The notes beneath the pieces are model-generated. The model searched no databases. It was not told the DNA's origin and saw only the letters and a list, made by a program, of their open reading frames with translations. The position numbers and the translations under genes were made by a program. DNA of 64,000 bases from Escherichia coli (lineage in GTDB: Bacteria; Pseudomonadota; Gammaproteobacteria; Enterobacterales; Enterobacteriaceae): assembly GCF_046105845.1 (NCBI RefSeq), contig NZ_CP151004.1; one strand, 5' to 3'. Shown here piece by piece: positions 29,926-43,872 of the stretch (its first letter is position 1; every line of letters begins with the position of its first letter).

Positions 29926-32900
29926 TTACCCTACCGCTGGTGTCGGATCGTCGCCTTTGTAGTCGCGTTTGACTTCCGTCACCTCATCGCCCTTCTCGTT
30001 GTGCAGATGCACTTCAAGCTGGTTAAAGGCAATGTTGATATCGTTTTCACGGCACAGCTGATCGATAGTACGGTTCAGCTCATCGACAGTACGGCTACGG
30101 TCACGCAGTTCACGCACATACAGACGCAGCTCATGATCCAACGTGCTGGCACCAAACGCCGTAAAGAAGACTTCCGGCATTGGTTCGTGCATCACCCTTG
30201 GGTGCTCAGTCGCCGCCTTCAGTAACACTTTACGCACTTTTTCCAGATCGGAGCCATAGGCCACGCCGAGACGGATCACCAGACGCGTAGTAGTGTCAGT
30301 CAACGACCAGTTGATCAGACGCTCGGTAACAAACGCTTTATTCGGGATGATCACTTCTTTGCGATCGAAATCGGTAATCGTTGTCGCACGAATACGGATC
30401 TTACTTACTGTCCCCGAGAAGCTACCAATGGTTACCGTATCGCCAATACGCACCGGACGTTCGAACAGAATGATCAAACCGGAGACGAAGTTACCAAAAA
30501 TTTCTTGTAAACCAAAACCAAGACCTACGGATAATGCTGCGGCCAGCCACTGGAGTTTATCCCACGAGACGCCCAGCGATCCGAACACCGTCATCGCACC
30601 AACGGCAATAATGATGTAGTTAAGGATGGTAGTAATGGCATACGACGCGCCCTGGCGCATATTCAGTCGCGAGAGCACCAGCACTTCCAGCAAACCAGGC
30701 AGGTTGCGAATCAACGCCCAGGCCACCATTGAGGCGATAATCGCAAACAACAGACTGCCCATGGTGACGTTTTTCACCACCGCAGCACCAGCTTCAGTAC
30801 CGTTGTAATGCCAGAGCGTGATGCTGTCCAGATAGCTGAACACGGTGATCAAATCGGACCAAATTGCCCAGAACATGACACCGAACAGCGCAAACATCAG
30901 CAACATGGTAATACGCAGCGTCTGCTGGTTAACCTGCTCCAGTGCAATGGTGGGTTCTTCCGGCGGTTCGGCACCTTCTGCGCCCTCTTTCACCAGATTC
31001 TGCCGACGCGCCAGCGCACGACGCCAGGCGATACGCCGCGCCGCTACGCTTAAGCCGCGCAATACCGTCTGGTACAGCAGGTTCCAGATGATCACCAAAT
31101 AAACGGTTTCAATCCAACGCCCGGAGAGGCGCAGCGTGGTGTAGAAATAACCCGTGGCGGTCAGCACCATCAACGCAATCGGGATAATCGACAGTACGGT
31201 AATGGTGACCAGTCGCATGGTGTGCGACTCTTTATCACGCCAGCTTTCGCGGCACATCGGCCATACCAGGAAGGCAATCAGCAGCAGGTTGAAGAAAATC
31301 ATCGCCTGCCCCAGCACATCATCCATCAGATGCAGCGGGGAAAGTTCTGCCACCACAGACCAGAAATGGATAGGCAGCAATGCGAGACTGATGCGGACAA
31401 TTTGCCGACGCCAGTGGCTGGTCTGCTGTTCCGGCATACCAAAGTGACGCACGGCAACGCCGTTTTTCTCCAGTACCTTCCAGCACAGGCCAAACACCAG
31501 CCAGAAAATCGCCAGTTTTTTACTGAACGACCATAGCAGTTCGCTGATGTTGAGCTGCATGGTCAACAGAATCAGGCCAACCGCGAGAATAATCAGGCAC
31601 ACCGGCAGCGCACGGATCAGGTCGATAAGGATCGCTTTTGGTGTGTTGAGCTGGCTGTCGTTACGCAGGGAACCCACAGCGGAAGCCAGTTTTTGTTGAT
31701 ACGCTTTCAGCCAGCCCAGACGCCAGTGGATCAGCCCGGCAATCAACAGCAGCGGCAAACCGGCGAGGAAAGCGATAAAAACGGCAGGCCAGGCTTTTTC
31801 CCAGTTCACCGTGATTTTCATCGACTTAAATTCATCTTTCAGGCTTTGCGGGAACGCTTTGATCCAGTCCCAGTCCATTGGACGGTTACTGTTCACCCAA
31901 AAGATTTGCTGAGTCAGGATGGATTTCAGGTTTTTCGACACACTCATTAACTGCTGCTGGTTGATTTGCAGGTTAATGGCCATCATCAGCTGATTACCCA
32001 ACTGTTTGTTGAGTTGATCCAGCAATTCGCGACGCATATCAACCACTTGCAATAACGCATCGTGAACTTCGCTGTTGACTTCGTTGGCGTGACCTTCTTC
32101 CAGTTTGTTGACGAACGCATCGCTCTGGAAGAGTGCATCACGCTGCTGGTTGACTTCAAACTGTTCGAGACGCAAATCCGCGATGCGGTTGGTCATGTTT
32201 TCCAGTTCATCCGCCGAGGGCAGCGTTTGTTGTTGCTGGTAAAGGATACGAGACAACAGCAGGCTGCCCTTCAGGACGGCAATCTGCTCTTTAATATTGC
32301 GTTCCGATTGCAGCGCCCGCTCCAGCCAGTTTTTGACTTTAATGTTTTGCTGCATCAACTGATTACCGTTTTCAGTCGCGGTAATCAGACGCTGACTTAA
32401 CTGCTGGTTAATTTCCAGTTCCTGCTTCACCAGCGGATTAGCCTGAATACGCGCGGCTTCATCCGGGGAGACGGCTTCCTGCGCCGTTTTTTCGGTTAAA
32501 GTCAGGCGCTTGCTGTTTACTGCTTCTTGCAACAGCTGCAACTGGTGCTCCAGACGGGCGCTGTTCGCCGTCACGTAATCCCGTTGCTTTTGCAAGGTAT
32601 CCTGTAAGACTGTGTTCCCTTCCAGGCTTTTACGCTGTTGATCAATCTCGGCATTCAGCAAAGCCTGCTGAGCCTGCATTAACACTTTCTGGCTGGGACG
32701 TAAGGCAGTCTCGCCGACATCAGTCCCATCCAGACGACTGCGAATTTGTTGCAGCTGCTGCGAAGCGTTATACATCGCATTTTGCACGCGTTCGGGCTGC
32801 GTCTGTAACGAAACCAGCTGGCTGTTATAAGACGCCAGATCGTTTTGTGCGTTTTGCAAATCGTCCAGCGCCTGGGCAACGCGAGTTTCCAGCTGGCGCA

Positions 32901-33288
32901 ACGAAAGCGTGCTCAGAATTTTGCGCGTTTCTTCGTCGTTATCGACATCGCTAAGTGCTGTTAACGCTGCGGTCGCCTGGCGCATTTTTTCCGGCGCTTC
33001 AGCGACTTTTTGCCGTAGCTGAACTGTCTCTTCTTTTACGCGATCGATTTTATCGAGGGTGGCTAATGTATCTGTCAGATCCTGCTGCACCAGTTTGTCC
33101 TGAGCAGAAAGATCTTTTTGTTTATTTAGTGAGTCAAGTTGCGCCTGCAGGTCCGCTTTTGTCGGCAGATCACCATTCGATGACGCCCGCGCAAACGCCG
33201 TGTTCTGGCATAACAAGACAAAAACAAAAGCAATAAATGCTGAAAAAACAAAATGCCGTGATCGTTTGTAATACTGGAACATAGTCAT
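29926..33288 (-). CDS. mscK: Potassium-dependent mechanosensitive channel MscK
   Basis: 1120-aa ORF: signal peptide, long coiled-coil periplasmic region, C-terminal MscS-like domain. Confidence 0.95.
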   Translation of the reverse strand: MTMFQYYKRSRHFVFSAFIAFVFVLLCQNTAFARASSNGDLPTKADLQAQLDSLNKQKDLSAQDKLVQQDLTDTLATLDKIDRVKEETVQLRQKVAEAPEKMRQATAALTALSDVDNDEETRKILSTLSLRQLETRVAQALDDLQNAQNDLASYNSQLVSLQTQPERVQNAMYNASQQLQQIRSRLDGTDVGETALRPSQKVLMQAQQALLNAEIDQQRKSLEGNTVLQDTLQKQRDYVTANSARLEHQLQLLQEAVNSKRLTLTEKTAQEAVSPDEAARIQANPLVKQELEINQQLSQRLITATENGNQLMQQNIKVKNWLERALQSERNIKEQIAVLKGSLLLSRILYQQQQTLPSADELENMTNRIADLRLEQFEVNQQRDALFQSDAFVNKLEEGHANEVNSEVHDALLQVVDMRRELLDQLNKQLGNQLMMAINLQINQQQLMSVSKNLKSILTQQIFWVNSNRPMDWDWIKAFPQSLKDEFKSMKITVNWEKAWPAVFIAFLAGLPLLLIAGLIHWRLGWLKAYQQKLASAVGSLRNDSQLNTPKAILIDLIRALPVCLIILAVGLILLTMQLNISELLWSFSKKLAIFWLVFGLCWKVLEKNGVAVRHFGMPEQQTSHWRRQIVRISLALLPIHFWSVVAELSPLHLMDDVLGQAMIFFNLLLIAFLVWPMCRESWRDKESHTMRLVTITVLSIIPIALMVLTATGYFYTTLRLSGRWIETVYLVIIWNLLYQTVLRGLSVAARRIAWRRALARRQNLVKEGAEGAEPPEEPTIALEQVNQQTLRITMLLMFALFGVMFWAIWSDLITVFSYLDSITLWHYNGTEAGAAVVKNVTMGSLLFAIIASMVAWALIRNLPGLLEVLVLSRLNMRQGASYAITTILNYIIIAVGAMTVFGSLGVSWDKLQWLAAALSVGLGFGLQEIFGNFVSGLIILFERPVRIGDTVTIGSFSGTVSKIRIRATTITDFDRKEVIIPNKAFVTERLINWSLTDTTTRLVIRLGVAYGSDLEKVRKVLLKAATEHPRVMHEPMPEVFFTAFGASTLDHELRLYVRELRDRSRTVDELNRTIDQLCRENDINIAFNQLEVHLHNEKGDEVTEVKRDYKGDDPTPAVG

Positions 33289-33415
33289 GATGAATGAAGG
33301 TTTCTGAACCTGAAGAACGACCTGAAAAAGTCAAACCGCAAGAATATCACGACGCAGTGAACCAGAATAGCAACGACGAAAATGTCCAGGAAAAATCCTG
33401 GAGTCAGATTCAGGG

Positions 33416-34063
33416 TTATTCGGTAATGGCAGGGTTACGAAGCGTGGGACACAGGAGATACATCTCCAGTAAGATGGCGACGTAATCGCGGGCTTCTTTT
33501 TTAAGATCAAAAGATTGCGGGGCAAAGAGCCAGTTTTCCATCAGGCCGGAAATATAGCCGCGCATAATAATTGCTGCCCGACGCGTCATTAAATCCGCAG
33601 GCAACATTTTCGCTTCAATACAATGTTTTAACGTTTGTTCTATACGGTCATAACTTTCCAGACAGAGATTACGTTGTGCCTGTTGCACAACAGCCATTTC
33701 TCCGACAAATTCGCATTTGTGGAATATAATCTCCATCAATAATCGACGCCGTTCTTCTGTCACCGTGGATTCAAGAACATGAATTAATATCTCTCTTAAT
33801 ACTGAGAGTGGATCGCCAGGGAATTTTGCCTGATACTCAAGCTCTAGTTCACCAATATTGGATTCTGACAGTTCCCAGATCTCACTGAACAAATCCGACT
33901 TGTCTTTAAAATGCCAGTAGATTGCACCGCGCGTAACGCCAGCTGCTTTTGCAATCTCGCCCAGCGAGGTGGATGATACCCCCTGCTGTGAGAAAAGACG
34001 TAGAGCCACATCGAGGATGTGTTGGCGCGTTTCTTGCGCTTCTTGTTTGGTTTTTCGTGCCAT
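33416..34063 (-). CDS. acrR: TetR-family repressor of acrAB
   Basis: 215-aa ORF, divergent from acrA. Confidence 0.96.
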   Translation of the reverse strand: MARKTKQEAQETRQHILDVALRLFSQQGVSSTSLGEIAKAAGVTRGAIYWHFKDKSDLFSEIWELSESNIGELELEYQAKFPGDPLSVLREILIHVLESTVTEERRRLLMEIIFHKCEFVGEMAVVQQAQRNLCLESYDRIEQTLKHCIEAKMLPADLMTRRAAIIMRGYISGLMENWLFAPQSFDLKKEARDYVAILLEMYLLCPTLRNPAITE

Positions 34064-34091
34064 ATGTTCGTGAATTTACAGGCGTTAGATT

Positions 34092-34115
34092 TACATACAT
34101 TTGTGAATGTATGTA
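34092..34115. promoter_or_regulatory. AcrR operator palindrome in the acrR-acrA divergent promoter region
   Basis: 24-bp palindrome TACATACATTTGTGAATGTATGTA. Confidence 0.8.
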
Positions 34116-34204
34116 CCATAGCACGACGATAATATAAACGCAGCAATGGGTTTATTAACTTTTGACCATTGACCAATTTGAAATCGGACACTCGAGGTTT
34201 ACAT

Positions 34205-35398
34205 ATGAACAAAAACAGAGGGTTTACGCCTCTGGCGGTCGTTCTGATGCTCTCAGGCAGCTTAGCCCTAACAGGATGTGACGACAAACAGGCCCAACAA
34301 GGTGGCCAGCAGATGCCCGCCGTTGGCGTAGTAACAGTCAAAACTGAACCTCTGCAGATCACAACCGAGCTTCCGGGTCGCACCAGTGCCTACCGGATCG
34401 CAGAAGTTCGTCCTCAAGTTAGCGGGATTATCCTGAAGCGTAATTTCAAAGAAGGTAGCGACATCGAAGCAGGTGTCTCTCTCTATCAGATTGATCCTGC
34501 GACCTATCAGGCGACATACGACAGCGCGAAAGGCGATCTGGCGAAAGCCCAGGCTGCAGCCAATATCGCGCAATTGACGGTGAATCGTTATCAGAAATTG
34601 CTCGGTACTCAGTACATCAGTAAGCAAGAGTACGATCAGGCTCTGGCTGATGCGCAACAGGCGAATGCTGCGGTCACTGCGGCGAAAGCTGCCGTTGAAA
34701 CTGCGCGGATCAATCTGGCTTACACCAAAGTCACCTCTCCGATTAGCGGTCGCATTGGTAAGTCGAACGTGACAGAAGGCGCATTGGTACAGAACGGTCA
34801 GGCGACTGCGCTGGCAACCGTGCAGCAACTTGATCCGATCTACGTTGATGTGACCCAGTCCAGCAACGACTTCCTGCGCCTGAAACAGGAGCTGGCAAAT
34901 GGCACGCTGAAACAAGAGAACGGCAAAGCCAAAGTGTCGCTGATCACCAGTGACGGCATTAAGTTCCCGCAGGACGGTACGCTGGAATTCTCTGACGTTA
35001 CCGTTGATCAGACCACCGGGTCTATCACCCTACGCGCTATCTTCCCGAACCCGGATCACACTCTGCTGCCGGGTATGTTCGTGCGCGCACGTCTGGAAGA
35101 AGGGCTTAATCCAAACGCTATTTTAGTCCCGCAACAGGGCGTAACCCGTACGCCGCGTGGCGATGCCACCGTACTGGTAGTTGGCGCGGATGACAAAGTG
35201 GAAACCCGTCCGATCGTTGCAAGCCAGGCTATTGGCGATAAGTGGCTGGTGACAGAAGGTCTGAAAGCAGGCGATCGCGTAGTAATAAGTGGGCTGCAGA
35301 AAGTGCGTCCTGGTGTCCAGGTAAAAGCACAAGAAGTTACCGCTGATAATAACCAGCAAGCCGCAAGCGGTGCTCAGCCTGAACAGTCCAAGTCTTAA
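34205..35398 (+). CDS. acrA: Multidrug efflux membrane fusion lipoprotein AcrA
   Basis: ORF trimmed to MNKNRGFTPLAVVLMLSGSLALTGC... (397 aa) with lipobox. Confidence 0.97.
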   Translation: MNKNRGFTPLAVVLMLSGSLALTGCDDKQAQQGGQQMPAVGVVTVKTEPLQITTELPGRTSAYRIAEVRPQVSGIILKRNFKEGSDIEAGVSLYQIDPATYQATYDSAKGDLAKAQAAANIAQLTVNRYQKLLGTQYISKQEYDQALADAQQANAAVTAAKAAVETARINLAYTKVTSPISGRIGKSNVTEGALVQNGQATALATVQQLDPIYVDVTQSSNDFLRLKQELANGTLKQENGKAKVSLITSDGIKFPQDGTLEFSDVTVDQTTGSITLRAIFPNPDHTLLPGMFVRARLEEGLNPNAILVPQQGVTRTPRGDATVLVVGADDKVETRPIVASQAIGDKWLVTEGLKAGDRVVISGLQKVRPGVQVKAQEVTADNNQQAASGAQPEQSKS

Positions 35399-35417
35399 CT
35401 TAAACAGGAGCCGTTAA

Positions 35418-38570
<3,153 letters not shown>

Positions 38571-38587
38571 TACAACGTGTAATCACT

Positions 38588-38612
38588 AAGGCCGCGCAAG
38601 CGGCCTTTTTTA
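38588..38612 (+). terminator. Intrinsic terminator after acrB
   Basis: Hairpin aaggccgcgcaagcggcctt followed by TTTTTTAT. Confidence 0.7.
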
Positions 38613-39115
38613 TGCATAACCGACGAACATTAAGGAGTCATTGAACCACCAACTCAGGATCTCATACGAAAACCAGTATTAACCTCGCATAAAATTCATA
38701 AAAAATACTGATTGTTAGTTAATTTATATTAAGTAGCGCTAATAGATTTAATAATCCATAATCATTTAGAGGCTATTCTTAATTATTTGCGGTAATTCTT
38801 TATTCATTCCTCGGTTATTACGTCATATTCAGAGCAATCCTGGTATTAGTGCCACCAATTTCATCTGGCGATAATCCTGAAATGTTATGAATAGTTCGAG
38901 CAGACTGCTTTTACCTGCTGCGGGTTAGTGCTAGTATGAAAAAATGAGTCCTGTCCCGATTCCTTCCTAATTGTAATTTTTCGTAATAATGCGATGAAAA
39001 CCTGCAAAGAGTGGCTTATAGTTAAGCTAACAAACGAGAGGGCAAGTCCAGGTCAGTAAGTTTTTTCCATCCCGAAAGGTGTCCGTTAGTTCAACCACTA
39101 AGAAGGGGACGCGTT

Positions 39116-39490
39116 ATGGATGAATACTCACCCAAAAGACATGATATCGCACAGCTTAAGTTTCTCTGTGAAACCCTGTATCATGACTGTCTTGCAAACC
39201 TTGAAGAAAGCAATCATGGCTGGGTTAACGACCCAACCTCGGCGATCAACCTCCAGTTGAATGAACTGATTGAGCATATTGCGACCTTCGCACTTAATTA
39301 CAAAATTAAGTATAATGAAGACAATAAGCTCATTGAGCAGATCGACGAATATCTGGATGACACCTTTATGTTGTTCAGCAGTTATGGTATTAATATGCAG
39401 GATCTTCAGAAATGGCGGAAGTCAGGTAATCGACTATTCCGTTGTTTTGTCAATGCGACGAAAGAGAATCCTGCGAGTTTATCTTGTTAG
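39116..39490 (+). CDS. tomB: Hha toxicity modulator TomB
   Basis: 124-aa ORF matching recalled TomB/YbaJ. Confidence 0.93.
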
Positions 39491-39515
39491 AATTATTACA
39501 ACCATGGGTAGAAGT

Positions 39516-39734
39516 ATGTCCGAAAAACCTTTAACAAAAACCGATTATTTAATGCGTTTACGTCGTTGCCAGACAATTGACACGCTGGAGCGTGTTATCG
39601 AGAAAAATAAATACGAATTATCAGATAATGAACTGGCGGTATTTTACTCAGCCGCAGATCACCGCCTCGCCGAATTGACCATGAATAAACTGTACGACAA
39701 GATCCCTTCCTCAGTATGGAAATTTATTCGCTAA
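39516..39734 (+). CDS. hha: Haemolysin expression-modulating protein Hha
   Basis: ORF trimmed to [72 protein letters not shown] (72 aa). Confidence 0.95.
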
Positions 39735-39905
39735 TAAATAATTCGCTTTCGGAGCTATAACCGGCTGTTTATTAAGAATTTTATACTTTTTCGCCATGAA
39801 GACATACCCTATGTGATCTTTATCACACAGATGTAATGGGAACGTTCTCTTCACTGACTTTTCGTCTTACTGTGTTGCCGCATTTTCAGCAACCGGAGGT
39901 CAGTA

Positions 39906-40457
39906 ATGAGCACAGAAAAAGAAAAGATGATTGCTGGTGAGTTGTATCGCTCGGCAGATGAGACGTTATCTCGCGATCGCCTGCGCGCTCGTCAGCTTAT
40001 TCACCGATACAATCATTCCCTGGCGGAAGAGCACACATTACGCCAGCAAATTCTCGCTGATTTATTCGGTCAGGTGACAGAGGCTTATATTGAGCCAACG
40101 TTTCGCTGTGATTATGGCTATAACATTTTTCTCGGCAATAATTTTTTCGCCAACTTCGATTGCGTGATGCTTGATGTCTGCCCTATTCGCATCGGTGATA
40201 ACTGTATGTTGGCACCAGGCGTTCATATCTACACGGCAACACATCCCATCGACCCTGTAGCACGTAATAGCGGTGCTGAACTGGGGAAACCCGTCACCAT
40301 CGGTAATAACGTCTGGATTGGCGGACGCGCGGTCATTAACCCTGGTGTGACCATTGGTGATAACGTCGTGGTAGCCTCAGGTGCAGTTGTCACAAAAGAT
40401 GTCCCGGACAACGTTGTCGTGGGCGGTAATCCAGCCAGAATCATTAAAAAATTGTAA
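39906..40457 (+). CDS. maa: Maltose O-acetyltransferase
   Basis: 183-aa ORF with hexapeptide-repeat C-terminus. Confidence 0.93.
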
Positions 40458-40572
40458 CCAGTTTTTCGCAACTGTTATGCAAAATCGTGGCAAATCTGTT
40501 ACTTTCCCTCTACTATTCCCACGTTAAAATAGGGTGTTCCCTGGAAAGTTGCAGATACCACGAAGGCAAACG

Positions 40573-41043
40573 ATGACCGAAATACAACGCCTGCTGACCG
40601 AAACAATTGAGTCTCTAAATACCCGCGAAAAACGCGACAACAAACCCCGCTTTAGTATCAGTTTTATCCGTAAACATCCGGGGCTGTTTATCGGTATGTA
40701 TGTTGCTTTTTTTGCCACCCTGGCGGTGATGTTGCAGTCCGAAACGCTTTCAGGCTCTGTCTGGCTACTGGTTGTATTATTTATCCTGCTTAATGGTTTC
40801 TTCTTTTTCGATGTCTACCCACGCTACCGCTATGAAGATATCGACGTGCTGGATTTCCGCGTTTGCTATAACGGCGAATGGTACAACACGCGCTTTGTAC
40901 CTGCCGCGCTGGTTGAAGCCATCTTGAACTCTCCGCGTGTCGCGGATGTTCAAAAAGAACAACTGCAAAAAATGATCGTCCGTAAAGGTGAATTGTCTTT
41001 TTACGATATTTTTACTCTTGCTCGCGCCGAATCAACATCTTAA
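40573..41043 (+). CDS. ylaC: Inner membrane protein YlaC
   Basis: ORF trimmed to [15 protein letters not shown]... (156 aa). Confidence 0.85.
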   Translation: MTEIQRLLTETIESLNTREKRDNKPRFSISFIRKHPGLFIGMYVAFFATLAVMLQSETLSGSVWLLVVLFILLNGFFFFDVYPRYRYEDIDVLDFRVCYNGEWYNTRFVPAALVEAILNSPRVADVQKEQLQKMIVRKGELSFYDIFTLARAESTS

Positions 41044-41200
41044 GTTAGAGTTACATACCAGGCGTAAAGCTCTGCGCCTGGTCAAATGACAACGTTCGTT
41101 TCCACCCATCACTTGATGAAATACCGGCTCTACCTCCTTATCTCCTGCCAGCCTTTTTCCACAATCGGATATACTTTCTCTACACTGTGTTAATAAGGAT

Positions 41201-42757
41201 ATGCTGGTGAGAACACGACATCTGGTCGGCCTTATTTCGGGAGTACTGATTCTTTCAGTATTGCTGCCTGTCGGCTTAAGCATCTGGCTGGCCCATCAGC
41301 AGGTAGAAACATCATTTATTGAAGAGCTGAATACCTATTCCTCCCGCGTCGCTATTCGGGCCAATAAGGTGGCGATACAAGGGAAAGATGCACTGCAAGA
41401 GCTGGAAAGATGGCAAGGCGCTGCCTGTAGCGAAGCCCATCTCATGGAAATGCGTCGGGTATCTTACAGTTATCGCTATATTCAGGAAGTGGTTTATATC
41501 GATAACAACGTTCCCCAGTGTTCGTCTCTGGAGCATGAAAGCCCGCCCGATACCTTCCCCGAGCCAGGTAAAATTTCGAAAGATGGTTATCGTGTCTGGT
41601 TAACATCGCATAACGATTTAGGCATTATCCGTTACATGGTTGCCATGGGAACGGCACATTATGTCGTCATGATCGACCCCGCTTCCTTTATTGATGTCAT
41701 TCCCTATAGCTCATGGCAAATTGATGCCGCCATTATTGGCAATGCCCATAACGTTGTGATAACCAGCAGCGATGAAATTGCTCAGGGAATTATTACCAGA
41801 CTACAAAAAACACCCGGTGAGCATATCGAAAATAATGGAATCATTTACGATATCCTGCCCTTCCCGGAAATGAATATTTCGATCATCACCTGGGCTTCAA
41901 CGAAAATGTTGCAGAAAGGCTGGCATCGGCAAGTCTTTATTTGGTTACCGCTCGGGTTGGTGATTGGCCTGCTGGCAGCGATGTTTGTGCTGCGTATTTT
42001 GCGCCGTATCCAGTCACCGCATCATCGGCTGCAGGATGCTATCGAAAATCGTGATATTTGCGTGCACTATCAGCCGATTGTCTCCTTAGCCAATGGCAAA
42101 ATTGTCGGTGCTGAGGCACTGGCGCGCTGGCCGCAGACAGACGGTAGTTGGTTGTCACCAGATAGTTTTATTCCGCTGGCACAGCAAACGGGCCTTTCTG
42201 AGCCGTTGACGCTACTGATTATAAGAAGCGTCTTCGAAGATATGGGCGACTGGCTGCGTCAGCATCCGCAGCAGCATATTTCGATCAATCTTGAATCCAC
42301 CGTGCTCACCTCGGAAAAAATCCCGCAATTGCTGCGTGAAATGATCAATCACTATCAGGTTAATCCCAGACAGATCGCGCTTGAACTCACTGAACGCGAG
42401 TTTGCCGATCCGAAAACCAGCGCCCCGATAATTTCTCGCTACCGGGAGGCGGGCCATGAAATTTATCTTGATGATTTTGGTACGGGGTATTCAAGTTTAA
42501 GTTATTTACAGGATCTGGATGTCGACATTCTGAAGATCGATAAATCTTTCGTTGATGCGCTGGAATATAAAAATGTCACGCCGCATATCATCGAAATGGC
42601 AAAAACACTGAAACTGAAAATGGTAGCGGAGGGAATCGAAACCAGTAAACAAGAAGAGTGGTTACGCCAGCATGGCGTGCACTACGGTCAGGGCTGGCTC
42701 TACAGCAAGGCATTACCGAAAGAAGATTTCTTACGCTGGGCCGAGCAACATTTGTGA
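41201..42757 (+). CDS. pdeB: c-di-GMP phosphodiesterase PdeB (CSS-motif sensor plus EAL domain)
   Basis: 518 aa from the ATG; the annotated K-12 start may instead be the GTG at 41207 (516 aa). Confidence 0.9.
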   Translation: MLVRTRHLVGLISGVLILSVLLPVGLSIWLAHQQVETSFIEELNTYSSRVAIRANKVAIQGKDALQELERWQGAACSEAHLMEMRRVSYSYRYIQEVVYIDNNVPQCSSLEHESPPDTFPEPGKISKDGYRVWLTSHNDLGIIRYMVAMGTAHYVVMIDPASFIDVIPYSSWQIDAAIIGNAHNVVITSSDEIAQGIITRLQKTPGEHIENNGIIYDILPFPEMNISIITWASTKMLQKGWHRQVFIWLPLGLVIGLLAAMFVLRILRRIQSPHHRLQDAIENRDICVHYQPIVSLANGKIVGAEALARWPQTDGSWLSPDSFIPLAQQTGLSEPLTLLIIRSVFEDMGDWLRQHPQQHISINLESTVLTSEKIPQLLREMINHYQVNPRQIALELTEREFADPKTSAPIISRYREAGHEIYLDDFGTGYSSLSYLQDLDVDILKIDKSFVDALEYKNVTPHIIEMAKTLKLKMVAEGIETSKQEEWLRQHGVHYGQGWLYSKALPKEDFLRWAEQHL

Positions 42758-42798
42758 ATTGTAGGGCTGACGGCACGCCGCACAGCCCGTCACGCTAC

Positions 42799-43152
42799 CT
42801 ATTCGTCGATGATTGACTCGAATCCGCCATAGATCATTCGCTTACCATCAAACGGCATGGACTCGCCGAACTCTTTCATCCGTGGGTCCGACATCATCTT
42901 TTGATTAGCAGCGTCGCGGACCTCTTTTGAAGGGTATTCAATCCAGCTAAAGACAACCTCTTCATTCTCTTCAGCTTTTACCGCCATACGAAAATCGGTC
43001 ACTTTGCCATCCGGTACATCGCTGGCCCAGCATTCGACAATACGAAGCGCGCCAAACTCTTTAAACAATGGCGCAGCCTTAGCAGCCATTTCCCGATAGG
43101 CATCCTTTTTATCGGCAGGAACGGCAACCACAAAACCATCAACATACTTCAT
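42799..43152 (-). CDS. ybaA: DUF1428 protein YbaA
   Basis: 117-aa ORF in the conserved position. Confidence 0.9.
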   Translation of the reverse strand: MKYVDGFVVAVPADKKDAYREMAAKAAPLFKEFGALRIVECWASDVPDGKVTDFRMAVKAEENEEVVFSWIEYPSKEVRDAANQKMMSDPRMKEFGESMPFDGKRMIYGGFESIIDE

Positions 43153-43262
43153 CAGACATACCTCCGAAGCGTACTGCGCAGCCAGACAATTCTTGCGACG
43201 TCAGTTGTGGTTAAAGTTTAGCCATATTGGGATTTTTTGACGAAACGGGGGGAGGCAGAAAT

Positions 43263-43376
43263 GGGTGGGGGCCCTGCCAGCTACATCCCGGCACACGCGT
43301 CATCTGCCTTGGCTGCTTCCTTCCGGACCTGACCTGGTAAACAGAGTAGCGTTGCGGGAGAACCAACAGAGCCCCC
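43263..43376 (-). ncRNA. ffs: 4.5S RNA (signal recognition particle RNA)
   Basis: Minus strand reads GGGGGCTCTGTTGGTTCTCCCGCAACGCTACTCTGTTTACCAGGTCAGGTCCGGAAGGAAGCAGCCAAGGCAGATGACGCGTGTGCCGGGATGTAGCTGGCAGGGCCCCCACCC, matching recalled 114-nt ffs. Confidence 0.95.
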
Positions 43377-43452
43377 ATTGAGAGCGTTGAGAACCAACGC
43401 GCAGGCGCATTATCACTGCAGCCCCGGCTAATTGCAACCCATTGCGTACCGG

Positions 43453-43842
43453 ATGCTGGTTTCTTGCGCAATGCGACTTCACTCGGGCGTTTTTCCAGAT
43501 TATGCTGAAAAATTACCTCAGGAAGAAAAGATGGAAAAAGAAGATTCATTTCCCCAACGCGTCTGGCAAATCGTCGCCGCTATTCCCGAAGGCTATGTCA
43601 CCACTTACGGTGATGTGGCGAAACTGGCAGGATCGCCCCGCGCCGCGCGCCAGGTGGGCGGTGTGTTAAAGCGTCTCCCTGAAGGCAGCACCTTGCCCTG
43701 GCATCGGGTGGTTAATCGCCACGGCACAATTTCGCTAACCGGACCGGATTTACAGCGTCAACGACAGGCATTACTGGCAGAAGGTGTGATGGTATCGGGA
43801 AGCGGGCAAATCGACTTGCAGCGTTATCGCTGGAACTACTAA
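43453..43842 (+). CDS. atl: Alkyltransferase-like DNA base-flipping protein Atl (YbaZ)
   Basis: ORF trimmed to MLVSCAMRLHSGVF... (129 aa). Confidence 0.88.
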   Translation: MLVSCAMRLHSGVFPDYAEKLPQEEKMEKEDSFPQRVWQIVAAIPEGYVTTYGDVAKLAGSPRAARQVGGVLKRLPEGSTLPWHRVVNRHGTISLTGPDLQRQRQALLAEGVMVSGSGQIDLQRYRWNY

Positions 43843-43872
43843 CCCTCTCCGGGCGGAGAGGGTTAACTGCGC

